Origin: Escherichia coli
GTDB lineage: Bacteria > Pseudomonadota > Gammaproteobacteria > Enterobacterales > Enterobacteriaceae
Assembly (NCBI RefSeq): GCF_016903815.1
Contig: NZ_CP069972.1
Direction: 5' to 3' (one strand)
DNA: 64,000 bases
Under the pieces are notes generated by a model. That model saw only the letters and a list, made by a program, of their open reading frames with translations. It had not been told where the DNA came from and ran no database searches. Positions 8,863 to 18,886 of this stretch are shown here, piece by piece. A program made the position numbers and the translations under genes. Positions within the stretch are counted from its first letter, which is position 1. Every line of letters starts with the position of its first letter.

Positions 8863-10071
8863 ATGTCTTACAATCGACAGCCTGTCGCAGAAGATCCTAT
8901 GCAGATATGGGGCGCTGTTGGTGTCCTTCTTATCCTGCTGCTATTCGTCATATGGTTATTCTTGCCGGAAGTGGTTTACACCAGCTGCCTGATTCTTCAT
9001 ACCTTATGGGGACTGGTCGACTGGGGACCATTTCATAACTATGCAGCACCACGATACAACCTGCTTGCCATGACCGGTAACAACGCCGCCAACATAAGCT
9101 ATAGCCAGTGGGTTAACGTCATGGAACAGACCATAGGTATTCTGTGGATGTACCTCTTACCTGTGACACTCTGGTGTTTGTGGGAATGGTATCAACATCC
9201 GGGACAAAGCCGTTTCACCCGCAGACCAGTAGATATTACCCGACTGCCACACATCTTTGCTTCGTTATCCCCTGCTATCGCCCCTGTACTGGCAGATGGT
9301 GATCCGAAAAAACTCTTTCATGGTGGTAAACGACCTGAACGGCGGGTTGCTCTCACCCCGGAAGCATTTGTCGAACAGCATACTCTCATCACCAATATGC
9401 AGCTCGATGTTGCAGCTGCAAGACGATGTTTCATGGCCCAGTTGGGTAAACCTTTAACGTCCTGGAAAGACATGGCACCACATGAAAAAGCGCTCTTTGC
9501 CATATTTGGCCTTCAGTATTTCCTGGATGATCGGAAGGCAGCATTAAAGCTCATGGATACACTGAACCTCTCATGCAGAATTAAAAGCAAACGGGACAGC
9601 GGGAAATTCTGTACCCCTGTTTATTCATTGGCCAAATCAGCTTTCCAGAGCGTGATTAAAAGCAACGGAGCACAGCAATGGCTGAAACAACATCGCTACG
9701 TCCGCAGTGGGCTGGTCTGGCTGTATGCACATGACCTGCGGCTTACGCCACCCAACTGGATTTGGCTGAAAGGCGTGGACAGAACGCTGTTTTATGCATT
9801 ACACCGCGCCAATACCACGAAAGGATTTATTGAAGGCGCTGGCGTGGTGGCCGTTGCACGTGCAGAGGCCGAAGCCATGCGTTTTGGTCTTCCCTGCCCT
9901 GAACCCTGTGTTGATGAAGCGGTGGAAGGCTTACGGCGGGATATGCTCAGTCTCGGTCTTATCTGGGATGAACCACAACCAGATCGCGACCGGAAACGCC
10001 GCATCCTGACCAACTGGTCCCTCACCGACGACATCCTGCCCCGCACACCTGCTACAGACAACGAATTCTGA
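8863..10071 (+). CDS. trbA: TrbA-like conjugal transfer protein (402 aa)
   Basis: RBS GGAGA; N-terminal TM segment; first of three co-oriented genes between excA island and nikB, matching R64 trbABC order and sizes (recollection). Confidence 0.6.
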   Translation: MSYNRQPVAEDPMQIWGAVGVLLILLLFVIWLFLPEVVYTSCLILHTLWGLVDWGPFHNYAAPRYNLLAMTGNNAANISYSQWVNVMEQTIGILWMYLLPVTLWCLWEWYQHPGQSRFTRRPVDITRLPHIFASLSPAIAPVLADGDPKKLFHGGKRPERRVALTPEAFVEQHTLITNMQLDVAAARRCFMAQLGKPLTSWKDMAPHEKALFAIFGLQYFLDDRKAALKLMDTLNLSCRIKSKRDSGKFCTPVYSLAKSAFQSVIKSNGAQQWLKQHRYVRSGLVWLYAHDLRLTPPNWIWLKGVDRTLFYALHRANTTKGFIEGAGVVAVARAEAEAMRFGLPCPEPCVDEAVEGLRRDMLSLGLIWDEPQPDRDRKRRILTNWSLTDDILPRTPATDNEF

Positions 10072-10089
10072 TTATCCGGAGAACTGAAA

Positions 10090-11160
10090 ATGACAATCGA
10101 GTACTTTGCAACACGCATTGCAAAACATATTTCCGTGCAGGCAATCTGGCCGGATGGCAGGACAGAAATTATTGCCGTCCTTCCACGGGATGCCCTGTCA
10201 GGGCTGGTAACACGAAATAATCAACTGATTCATATAGCCTTTGACGCCATGGGCACCCGTAACAGAGAAACCGTCCTGATTGATAAACAGGAGCATAACG
10301 CTGACCAGATACTTACAGCTATTGATTCCTGCCTGCGCCTTGAATATCTGATGGAACGCCGCTTCAGCAGAACACCTTTGTTCCGTGGCATAATCGCCAG
10401 CGTTGTGCTGTTCGTAATGGCAACGATTGGCTTCTCTCTGTTCCGCTATGTTGATCGTGTATTCTGGGATGATACAACGCCTGAAGCAGTACAGACAGCA
10501 GGTGAGCCACGACTGCTACCCCCTCACCTGAATCACACTGTGCCATTAAATGAAGGCATTCAACTCCCGGTTCCCCCGAAAAAAGACGTCCAGGTCCCGG
10601 AGAAAACAATCACAAGCAAAAATCCGGAAGCCGCAGCTGCGCGACATAATCTGGCTACTGTTCTGAAGCGGAACGCCGATCGGGGCATGTTTACCATCAA
10701 CCTGTCATCCGGTCATGAACGAACCCTGTTCGCATTTCTCGATCCTGCCTGTCCTAACTGCAGACTTCTGGAGCCGGCCTTAAAACGCCTGGCCAGCGAC
10801 TTCAATGTCGTTATCTACCCGGTTTCAGTTATTGGTGGAGAGGAATCCACCGACCGTGTGGCACCACTGCTGTGTGAAAAAGATGCTCAGAAACGTGCTG
10901 CCGGCTGGCACCGACTGTATTCCGCAGATAACGGAATGATGACGCCATCAGAAGAAACAACGCCTGCAGATGAAACATGCCTGAAAGCAGCCAGAGCTGC
11001 GATTGATGTTAACAATGTCGCCTTCCGTAAGTTCGGATTTGCCGGTACCCCATGGGTGCTGTCCGACACCGGCTGGCATCTGCCTACAGGAATTCTGCAG
11101 GAAACTGGCACGCTTAATTTATTCCTGAAAACCACCGACAGCGAGTCTGGCCATGAGTGA
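10090..11160 (+). CDS. trbB: TrbB-like thioredoxin-fold (DsbC-like) transfer protein (356 aa)
   Basis: CPNC motif in FLDPACPNCRLLEP; N-terminal membrane anchor; stop overlaps trbC start. Confidence 0.6.
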   Translation: MTIEYFATRIAKHISVQAIWPDGRTEIIAVLPRDALSGLVTRNNQLIHIAFDAMGTRNRETVLIDKQEHNADQILTAIDSCLRLEYLMERRFSRTPLFRGIIASVVLFVMATIGFSLFRYVDRVFWDDTTPEAVQTAGEPRLLPPHLNHTVPLNEGIQLPVPPKKDVQVPEKTITSKNPEAAAARHNLATVLKRNADRGMFTINLSSGHERTLFAFLDPACPNCRLLEPALKRLASDFNVVIYPVSVIGGEESTDRVAPLLCEKDAQKRAAGWHRLYSADNGMMTPSEETTPADETCLKAARAAIDVNNVAFRKFGFAGTPWVLSDTGWHLPTGILQETGTLNLFLKTTDSESGHE

Positions 11161-13444
11161 ACATCGCGTTAACCCCGAGCTTTTACACCGTACAGCCTGG
11201 GGAAATCCTGTCTGGAATGCACTCCAGAGTCTCAATATCTATGGCTTTTGCCTGGTGGCAAGTCTTGTGGCCAGTTTTATCTGGCCACTTGCATTACCGG
11301 CATGTCTGTTGTTCACACTGATAACAATGCTGGTATTTAGTCTGCAGCGATGGCGCTGCCCTCTTCGTATGCCCATGACGCTGGAATGTGCTGACCCGTC
11401 ACAGGACAGAATGATTAAAAGAAGTCTTTTCAGCTTCTGGCCAACCCTGTTCCAGTATGAGGTCATTCTGGAATCACCGGCCAGCGGCATATTCTATGTT
11501 GGTTATCAACGCGTCAGGGATATTGGCAGGGAGTTATGGCTGAGTATGGACGATCTGACCCGCCATATAATGTTTTTCGCCACCACCGGTGGCGGTAAAA
11601 CGGAAACCATCTTTGCCTGGGCGATTAACCCACTTTGCTGGGCAAGAGGATTCACCCTTGTCGATGGCAAGGCACAGAATGATACGGCAAGAACGATCTG
11701 GTATCTGGCCAGACGCTTTGGACGTGAAGACGATGTGGAAGTCATTAACTTCATGAACGGAGGAAAATCCCGCAGTGAAATCATTCTGAGTGGTGAAAAA
11801 ACGCGTCCTCAGTCAAATACCTGGAATCCCTTCTGTTACAGCACTGAGGCATTCACAGCGGAGACAATGCAGTCAATGCTGCCCCAGAACGTCCAGGGGG
11901 GCGAGTGGCAGTCCCGGGCCATTGCCATGAATAAGGCACTGGTATTTGGTACTAAATTCTGGTGTGTGCGCGAAGGCAAAACAATGTCGCTGCAGATGCT
12001 CCGTGAACATATGACTCTCGAAGGGATGGCCAAACTTTACTGTCGTGGCCTCGATGATCAGTGGCCGGAAGAAGCTATCGCACCGTTACGTAACTACCTT
12101 CAGGACGTTCCCGGTTTCGACCTGTCGCTGGTCAGGACACCATCAGCCTGGACGGAAGAACCCAGAAAACAACATGCTTATCTCTCCGGGCAGTTTTCTG
12201 AAACTTTCAGCACATTCACGGAAGCATTCGGGGATATTTTTGCTGAAGATTCCGGTGATATCGATATCCGTGACAGCATTCACAGCGACAGGATTCTGAT
12301 GGTAATGATCCCCGCTCTGGATACATCAGCGCATACAACGTCTGCTCTTGGACGAATGTTTATCACCCAGAAAAGTATGATTCTCGCCCGTGATTTGGGC
12401 TACCGCCTCGAAGGAACTGATTCCGATGCACTGGAAGTCAAAAAATATAAGGGGCGTTTCCCTTATCTGTGTTTCCTTGATGAAGTGGGGGCATACTATA
12501 CGGACCGTATTGCTGTGGAAGCCACTCAGGTGCGTTCACTGGATTTTGCTCTGATTTTGATGGCACAGGACCAGGAACGTATAGAAGGACAGACAACAGC
12601 CACGAATACTGCAACACTGATGCAGAACACGGGGACAAAATTTGCCGGCAGGATTGTCAGCGAGGGTAGTACGGCCAGAACGCTGAAAAGCGCCGCCGGT
12701 GAAGAAGCCAGGGCGAGGATGAACAACCTGCAGCGTCAGGACGGCATATTTGGTGAATCATGGATTGACAGCCCACAAATCAGCATCCTGATGGAAAGCA
12801 AGATAAATGTTCAGGAGTTGATTGAACTTCATCCTGGCGAGTTCTTTTCTATTTTCCGGGGAGAAACCGTACCATCAGCATCATTCTTCATCCCTGACGA
12901 TGAGAAAAGCTGCAGCAGCGATCCCGTTGTTATAAACAGGTATATCAGCGTGGATGCGCCACGCCTGGACCGTCTCCGCCGTCTTGTTCCCCGTACAGCT
13001 CAACGTCGAATCCCGTCACCGGAAAATGTCAGTGCCATCATTGGCGTCCTGACTGCGAAACCCTCCAGAAAAAGACGAAAAATTCGCACGGAGCCGCACA
13101 CGATCGTGGATACATTCCAGCAACGCATTGCAGGACGTCAGGCGGCTATGGCAATGCTGGAAGAGTACGACACGGATATCAACGCACGTGAAAGTGCCTT
13201 GTGGGAAACAGCGGTGAATACGCTTAAAACGACCACACGGGAAGAGCGACGAATTCGCTATATCACGCTGAACAGGCCAGAACTACCTGAAACAAAAGAG
13301 GAAAATCAGATATCAGTGAGAGCAGAAAGAGCAGGTATAAACCTGTTAACGCTTCCACAGGACAATAACCACCCGACAGGGCGTCCTGTAAACGGGTTTC
13401 ATCATAAAAAAACCAACCGTCCGGACTGGGACGGAATGTACTGA
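11153..13444 (+). CDS. trbC: TrbC-like transfer protein with P-loop NTPase motif (763 aa)
   Basis: Walker A FATTGGGKT; N-terminal TM helices; ATGA overlap with trbB stop. Confidence 0.6.
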   Translation: MSEHRVNPELLHRTAWGNPVWNALQSLNIYGFCLVASLVASFIWPLALPACLLFTLITMLVFSLQRWRCPLRMPMTLECADPSQDRMIKRSLFSFWPTLFQYEVILESPASGIFYVGYQRVRDIGRELWLSMDDLTRHIMFFATTGGGKTETIFAWAINPLCWARGFTLVDGKAQNDTARTIWYLARRFGREDDVEVINFMNGGKSRSEIILSGEKTRPQSNTWNPFCYSTEAFTAETMQSMLPQNVQGGEWQSRAIAMNKALVFGTKFWCVREGKTMSLQMLREHMTLEGMAKLYCRGLDDQWPEEAIAPLRNYLQDVPGFDLSLVRTPSAWTEEPRKQHAYLSGQFSETFSTFTEAFGDIFAEDSGDIDIRDSIHSDRILMVMIPALDTSAHTTSALGRMFITQKSMILARDLGYRLEGTDSDALEVKKYKGRFPYLCFLDEVGAYYTDRIAVEATQVRSLDFALILMAQDQERIEGQTTATNTATLMQNTGTKFAGRIVSEGSTARTLKSAAGEEARARMNNLQRQDGIFGESWIDSPQISILMESKINVQELIELHPGEFFSIFRGETVPSASFFIPDDEKSCSSDPVVINRYISVDAPRLDRLRRLVPRTAQRRIPSPENVSAIIGVLTAKPSRKRRKIRTEPHTIVDTFQQRIAGRQAAMAMLEEYDTDINARESALWETAVNTLKTTTREERRIRYITLNRPELPETKEENQISVRAERAGINLLTLPQDNNHPTGRPVNGFHHKKTNRPDWDGMY

Positions 13445-13449
13445 ACAGT

Positions 13450-13482
13450 GGCCGCGCCGGATTCTGGCGCGGCCTTTTTTTT
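13450..13482 (+). terminator. Intrinsic terminator between convergent trbC and nikB
   Basis: 9-bp stem GGCCGCGCC/GGCGCGGCC followed by T8. Confidence 0.6.
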
Positions 13483-16180
13483 AACCTGGAGAAGGCGGTT
13501 CCCAGCGTTTATCCTGCTCCGGCGGAGGCAGTGATGCGTCATCGTTGCTGTTCGCCGCGATATAATCGCGGTAGTAGCGTTCACTTCCTTCACGGTGATG
13601 ATCCACGTCCGGTCGCGTAATCCTGTAGTCTTCGTGACCGGTACGGCCTGTCACATTATGCCAGGCAACCATTTCAGCAAAGACCTGGTTAAATTGTTTG
13701 TCGTTTCCTTCTGGTTCAAAACCCATGCGTGGATCACGCCCGAATAATACCGGTGCAATCAAATCCAGTTTATCTGCCAGCGCATTGCGGTCATGGTGAT
13801 TACGGAAAACAACCCTGTCACCATAATCCGTACAGACAAACTCTCCCGTCCGACGATCACGGAAACGAACACTCCCGTTCTTCTGCAAACGGGCCTCGAG
13901 ATCACCGGTATTACCGTATACCGGCGTTCCGCCCGGTTCACAAAGCACGACACAGCGGTCTGTTGTCGTTGTGCGTGACTTATCTTTACGGCGATCGCGA
14001 TAATCCCAGCCTCTCAGCTGCGATACAGCAGCCCTGTCTCCCTGAGCAGCCTGAATTTCGACCCACTGACGGTAAGAGGGTGGATACCACTTCCCGTCAG
14101 CAATAAGTTTCTGCCGCTCATTCCTGATGTCTTCTTTCAGCCTGATCAATGCCTGCATTCGCTGAACTTCTGCAATGTGATAATGCAGCTTACGTAATGC
14201 CGGATCATCGTACTGCGCACGAATGTGTGACTTCCGCAGACGGCATGCCTGATGAATTTCCCGACAACGTTCCCCATAACGCAGATCTGGTTTACGCCAT
14301 TGTTCACGCCATGCCAGATAGCGGGCACGCAGGTCAGCACGGGCCTCAGCTCTGGCTTCACGTCGCTGCCGGCGCAGCATTGGGTCACGTTTACTGCTGA
14401 CCCCGTACCTGTCACTGACAGCCAGCTCCGGGTTATAGCGACTTTCAGGTTGCACCCTGTCAAACAAATCTGCTGGGGCACTCACAAAAGGTCCGGCCTG
14501 TGGCTCTGCACGCCCCAGAGTCAGATCAGGATGAATGCTGCTGGCCTTCACCGGCGTTTGCTCATGATTAAAGGCATCAACGACAACAAGCCCGTGATGT
14601 TGTTTCTGTAGCATCAGTCCCTGTTGTGCAAACAACTCATGACAACGCTGCCAGGTAAACTCACCCTGTGTGATCATTTCTTCAATCTGAGGGCTACAAT
14701 GGCTGATGCTGTATCCCCACAGACTTTCTTTGTCAGAAAACAGTTCGCGTTTGATAGCCCCCTGCGGCCCCGTACCTGTACGCATACGGTGCCATTCTTT
14801 ATCGGTCGCAGGACAGCTCTCCATACGACGACCACGGAAGCGTTCTGTTGGCGTAACCTGGAGGAAAATATCTGTTGGTACAGGCTGCCAGCCACCATCG
14901 AGTTGATTCACATTGTCGAGCGTCAGCAGTGACCATACGCTGTCAGCACGAACGGGAGTCTGGTTATGATCATAACCGTCACAGATAACCAGGTGACCAT
15001 GCTGAACACGCATCCATAATCCCGCTTCAGCCAGTGTGCGGTGAATAGCCTGGCAGTTTTCCAGCCGTCCTTCCCGTGCCATTTCCGGCAGACGTTCTCC
15101 AAGATGACGACAGGCATACTGCTGCAGACTTTCTGTTTCAGCGATTTTTTCCGGGCGAACATCAGCTGCAATGAAGTCCGGATTATAGCGTCCTGGTGCT
15201 TCCACCTGGCTGAAAATGTCTTTTGGTACTGGCGTGTAGTCACCCATTTTTTTCATGAGTTTTTCTGCACACCAGGAGGGACCAAACGAGTCAAGCTGTA
15301 CACCTTCCCTGTTGCGATCCCAGCCATCCATCACCAGAAATTTTCCGTCCATCTGAGACAGGTACAGACCATCTTCCGCAAGACGACGATGCAGGGATAA
15401 CCAGTCATTTACAGGTTCACTGCGTAAACCAGCGACCGCTGTCTGCGCGACATACTCGCGAAAAGTTTGTTTTTTTCCGCGTGTCCAAGCGTTCTGGCGA
15501 TCACGTTCAACGGCAGTTTTGCGAACGATACGATTTCCCGGCGCATGGACCCAGCAACCGTTATCCGGAGCAAAACCATGCTTCAGTTCAAGCTCACGGC
15601 AGGCACGACTGAGTTTTTCCTGACTCCATGATAATCGGTTCAGATAACCCGTTTCAGGGTGTACCCGGTTAACAGCCACATGGACGTGCAGATTATCTGT
15701 ATCAGTATGCACGGCAGAGACATACTGATGGTCGGCAAGGCCGAGTGATTTCAGCGTATGACGTACACTGTCATAAATCTGTTCCGGACGCGGGCTTTCA
15801 TGTGACTGCCAGGAAAGGATGTAGTGAAAAACAGGATCAGTGTCATCTTTTGCATAGTGTGCCTGCCGGGCAATGTACTCCATATCTGCAGCGGCAGTTT
15901 CAAGAGAAGTACAGTTATGAAAGCAGGTGACACCATAAAAGTTGACCCATTCGCAGCCGTCCTTCATGACATCAACCAGCGCCACGAATGACTCATTTCG
16001 AAGACGTGTCGCATAATCAACAAGGCGACTGAAACGGCTTCGGTGCGGTTGTTCAGCCTGCGAAGAAGAAGATAAATCCAGTTCCTCATCGGTCATGTCA
16101 TCCCGGACAGAGACGTAGGATACCAGGTCTTCGAACGAAGACTTGCCGTCCCTTCTCTTTTTCGGAATGACTGCATTCAC
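13481..16180 (-). CDS. nikB: Relaxase NikB (899 aa)
   Basis: HxH relaxase motif in LHVHVAVNRVHPETGY; GTG start with SD GAGGA; directly downstream of nikA and adjacent to oriT; 899 aa as R64 NikB (recollection). Confidence 0.85.
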   Translation of the reverse strand: MNAVIPKKRRDGKSSFEDLVSYVSVRDDMTDEELDLSSSSQAEQPHRSRFSRLVDYATRLRNESFVALVDVMKDGCEWVNFYGVTCFHNCTSLETAAADMEYIARQAHYAKDDTDPVFHYILSWQSHESPRPEQIYDSVRHTLKSLGLADHQYVSAVHTDTDNLHVHVAVNRVHPETGYLNRLSWSQEKLSRACRELELKHGFAPDNGCWVHAPGNRIVRKTAVERDRQNAWTRGKKQTFREYVAQTAVAGLRSEPVNDWLSLHRRLAEDGLYLSQMDGKFLVMDGWDRNREGVQLDSFGPSWCAEKLMKKMGDYTPVPKDIFSQVEAPGRYNPDFIAADVRPEKIAETESLQQYACRHLGERLPEMAREGRLENCQAIHRTLAEAGLWMRVQHGHLVICDGYDHNQTPVRADSVWSLLTLDNVNQLDGGWQPVPTDIFLQVTPTERFRGRRMESCPATDKEWHRMRTGTGPQGAIKRELFSDKESLWGYSISHCSPQIEEMITQGEFTWQRCHELFAQQGLMLQKQHHGLVVVDAFNHEQTPVKASSIHPDLTLGRAEPQAGPFVSAPADLFDRVQPESRYNPELAVSDRYGVSSKRDPMLRRQRREARAEARADLRARYLAWREQWRKPDLRYGERCREIHQACRLRKSHIRAQYDDPALRKLHYHIAEVQRMQALIRLKEDIRNERQKLIADGKWYPPSYRQWVEIQAAQGDRAAVSQLRGWDYRDRRKDKSRTTTTDRCVVLCEPGGTPVYGNTGDLEARLQKNGSVRFRDRRTGEFVCTDYGDRVVFRNHHDRNALADKLDLIAPVLFGRDPRMGFEPEGNDKQFNQVFAEMVAWHNVTGRTGHEDYRITRPDVDHHREGSERYYRDYIAANSNDDASLPPPEQDKRWEPPSPG

Positions 16181-16190
16181 CGGAGAATCC

Positions 16191-16523
16191 TCAACCTTCC
16201 ATTAACTGTTTACGCAATGTATTTGTAAGTTCGGTTATGGCAACAAGCACTTCTGCGTATTCCTTGTCACCGGTTCTTTTTCCCTGAACAAACAGATGCT
16301 TCTGCATCCTTCCCAGTCTCATTAACTCCTTCAGAAAAGCATCATCTGTCCGGGAGTTAATTCGCTTATTCAGTGCTGCATTTCGGATGTAAGCAGATAC
16401 AGTAAGTCCGGAATCTTCAGCATTCTTACAGATAGTTTCATCCTCATCCGGTGAGAACCGGACCGCTCTCAGGATCGTCTTTTGCCGTCTTTCACTACCA
16501 CTTCTTTGACGTTTATCACTCAC
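16191..16523 (-). CDS. nikA: oriT-binding relaxosome accessory protein NikA (RHH, 110 aa)
   Basis: GTG start after AAGGAG; 110-aa product VSDKRQRSGSERRQKTILRAVRFSPDEDE... typical RHH Mob accessory protein; precedes nikB. Confidence 0.8.
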   Translation of the reverse strand: MSDKRQRSGSERRQKTILRAVRFSPDEDETICKNAEDSGLTVSAYIRNAALNKRINSRTDDAFLKELMRLGRMQKHLFVQGKRTGDKEYAEVLVAITELTNTLRKQLMEG

Positions 16524-16540
16524 GGTCAGCTCCTTACTGG

Positions 16541-16625
16541 GGTGTCGGGGCGAAGCCCTGACCAGGAGGCAATTGTATAATCGCGCGTGCGCGGTTATAC
16601 AATTGCACATCCTGTCCCGTTTTTC
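16541..16625 (+). other. oriT: Origin of transfer (oriT) with predicted nick site
   Basis: Perfect 10-bp inverted repeat AATTGTATAA/TTATACAATT (16571-16604) followed 10 bp later by ATCCTG^T (nick predicted 16614/16615) resembling the IncP nic motif; leading genes then point toward this site. Confidence 0.65.
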
Positions 16626-16755
16626 AGTCCATTATAGCCTGTTATTTTTGTGCATCATAGTCTTATGCAGACGGCAGAGGCAGGGCGCAGCCCTGCCAGG
16701 AGTCAGTTTTTGATGATAAAATCAGGCTTCAACATTAAACGGAGAGAAAGTGCCA

Positions 16756-17091
16756 ATGGCGTCTAAAAAATTTTACTCAGATGATGACATCCAGCTGGCA
16801 AAAGCTGCTTTATCGGAATTGCCAGACCTCACCGCTCAACGGAAAACATTGCGTGATTTTCTTGATGCCATTCGTGATGACATCATTATCCTGGTAAGGA
16901 CAAAGGGTTATACACTGACAGATGTTCGTGACACGCTCAAAAATGCAGGATATGAAGTAGGAGAGAAAGCACTTCGTGACATTATTCGGGAAGCAGAATC
17001 GAAAAAACCATCCCGCCGTTCTTCCTCTAAAACAGCACCTAAAAAGACAGACTCAGGCAGGAAAGATGGCATCGATATGAACAACAATTGA
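16756..17091 (+). CDS. Hypothetical protein adjacent to oriT (112 aa)
   Basis: ATG at 16756 after GGAGAGA; basic Ser/Lys-rich C-terminal tail; unusually on the + strand for a leading-region gene. Confidence 0.4.
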   Translation: MASKKFYSDDDIQLAKAALSELPDLTAQRKTLRDFLDAIRDDIIILVRTKGYTLTDVRDTLKNAGYEVGEKALRDIIREAESKKPSRRSSSKTAPKKTDSGRKDGIDMNNN

Positions 17092-17176
17092 TGTGACAAT
17101 GTCACATTGTGTTCTGAGATTATGATGATTACAGAAAAAAAAGCCCCGGCATAAATACCTGGGCTTTTCTGTTTAA

Positions 17177-18025
17177 TCAGACTCGTGGCGGCAATGCACC
17201 AGGATAATGCCGTGCAATAATATCATTCAGTTTTTCAACAAGGTCAGAACGCTTAAAGACAATGTGTACGGTCCCTTTCTGGTAGCCACGCACCGTAAAA
17301 TATTCCCCTTCTAACAGCTTACCGACATTGTCACCGTTCCCGAGAAATTCACCATACTGCGCCCCGATGCTGTTCCTGAAGTCAGGAACGTTGCGCCCCT
17401 CCAGCAGATAAAACGGACGTACCAGGTCATCCAGTGCCTCCCGTCCGCTGCAGTCCAGCGTCACACGCCCGTTACTCCAGCGGTACAGTAGGTTTTCAAT
17501 AATTATTTTCTTACCCAGACGGCAGGGATTATTGGTTCTGTAATCCCATGACAATTTCCGGTAGACATCAATCAGCCCCTGTTCAAACGTCTGCATCTTG
17601 CTGGCATTAAGATGGCGGAATGTTGCCAGTACATTGTCCAGGGTGATTTCAGGACAGGTGTCGCTCATCAGCTGGCTGTTCCACTCATCACGCTGGCATG
17701 AACTCATGAAGGTGTACATGCCCGTATCTGTCATCAGGCGGTCCCAGATTTTCCGGTCGGCAAGACGGGTGATATTCCTTTTCGCTTCTTCCGTCTTATC
17801 CATGCGACGAACGGAATCAGTCACGCAGTCTTCAAACCCGTAAAGAAAAATATCACCTGACGCATCGAGCAGAATCTTGCGCGCTGTCGCCAGGCATTCC
17901 ATCGCCTGCATGAACAGTGCAATACCTTCGTTACGCTGCGCGATGATGCGGTCGATAGCTACAGACGGAATAACATCTGTCGTGCCGGCAGTATTCAGGT
18001 CAGCAGTGGGTAAAGTCTGATTCAT
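17177..18025 (-). CDS. Leading-region protein of unknown function (282 aa), first gene behind repeat copy A
   Basis: ATG at 18025 with SD GGAGA; large hairpin repeat immediately upstream; no recognised motif. Confidence 0.55.
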   Translation of the reverse strand: MNQTLPTADLNTAGTTDVIPSVAIDRIIAQRNEGIALFMQAMECLATARKILLDASGDIFLYGFEDCVTDSVRRMDKTEEAKRNITRLADRKIWDRLMTDTGMYTFMSSCQRDEWNSQLMSDTCPEITLDNVLATFRHLNASKMQTFEQGLIDVYRKLSWDYRTNNPCRLGKKIIIENLLYRWSNGRVTLDCSGREALDDLVRPFYLLEGRNVPDFRNSIGAQYGEFLGNGDNVGKLLEGEYFTVRGYQKGTVHIVFKRSDLVEKLNDIIARHYPGALPPRV

Positions 18026-18075
18026 CACATTGTCTCCTCATCGTCACGACTGCCGGGTCAGCCAGGTCATTTCCC

Positions 18076-18386
18076 GGAGGAGCGAAGCTCCTTCTGCCGT
18101 CCGGGTCTTCGGGGATTTCCCCGCAGTGGACCTTTCCGACGGGGGACGCTCACCACGTCACGGGGCAGTTGTCCGGGGGCAGACGCAAAAGTTTTTGACG
18201 CCTGCGGCAAAAAGTTTTGTGGCTGGTACATCTCTCCCCTGGACGACTGAAACGGGATGTGGTCATGTATGTACCCCCGGAAAGTCCGTCTGCGGAGAAC
18301 AGGCCGCAGTGCGGCGGCAGACAGGCAGAGACAGCTGCGCCATCAGGCGCAGTGGCCTTACACACCGTAAGGTGTGCAGGGAGCGC
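18076..18386 (-). promoter_or_regulatory. Family-1 hairpin repeat, copy A (ssDNA-promoter-like, Frpo/ssi-type)
   Basis: Shares about 300 bp with 21469-21964 and 27812-28310, including inverted arms CCCCGCAGTGGACCTTTCC / GGAAAGTCC(A/G)...GGGG and TTGACGC...GCGGCAAAAAGTTTTGTGG. Confidence 0.6.
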
Positions 18387-18501
18387 CGCATACGGCGCGA
18401 CTGAAGAAAAACGACGGCACAACAATGGCATGTGGTGGTCACTGGCACACCACTCCCGCACAGGTGAAAACAGAGAAAACCGCACGACATTTACAACCAA
18501 A

Positions 18502-18594
18502 AAAAGTGAAATTTCTTCACTTTTTCACGCTTATTTTTCGCGTTGATTTGGTGATTATGATGATAAAATAAAGTGAAATTTTTTCACTTTTTCA
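18502..18594. promoter_or_regulatory. Two palindromic operator-like sites overlapping the promoter of the XRE gene
   Basis: AAAAAGTGAA-N5-TTCACTTTTT (18502-18526) and AAAGTGAA-N6-TTCACTTTTT (about 18570-18594) about 70 bp apart, the second abutting the ATG at 18605. Confidence 0.5.
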
Positions 18595-18604
18595 AAGGTG
18601 TTTT

Positions 18605-18856
18605 ATGACCGGCTGGGAACTGCGAATCTGGCGAAAAAGCATGCTCTGGTCACGCGAAAAAGCGGCCAGAGAATTTGGCGTGACGCAGAGAACATGGCAC
18701 GCCTGGGAAAATGCGGAACAGGTGGACGTCACCGTCTGGAGGACCACCCAGGCACTTTCAGTCCGTGACCTGCTGCCTCACATGCAGGGGATGCGTAAGG
18801 CAGATATCATCAGGCGACTGGAAAATGAACTGGGGGAAACGGCAGGGAATGTGTGA
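18605..18856 (+). CDS. Small XRE/Cro-like HTH regulator (83 aa)
   Basis: HTH-like segment WSREKAAREFGVTQRTWHAWE; preceded by paired palindromes; convergent with the Rpn operon. Confidence 0.5.
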   Translation: MTGWELRIWRKSMLWSREKAAREFGVTQRTWHAWENAEQVDVTVWRTTQALSVRDLLPHMQGMRKADIIRRLENELGETAGNV

Positions 18857-18886
18857 GCGTGATTCACAGCCTGGCTGAATGCCAGG

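Noticed and set aside
13729-15400. Multiple 60-125-aa ORFs on both strands inside nikB
   Set aside because: Embedded in the 899-aa relaxase ORF; typical spurious frames
18030-18546. ORF-track hits inside repeat copy A (18030-18404 +, 18150-18500 -, 18217-18546 +, 18263-18490 -)
   Set aside because: Lie in GC-rich hairpin repeats with Arg/Gly/Pro-heavy translations on both strands; better explained as non-coding structured DNA
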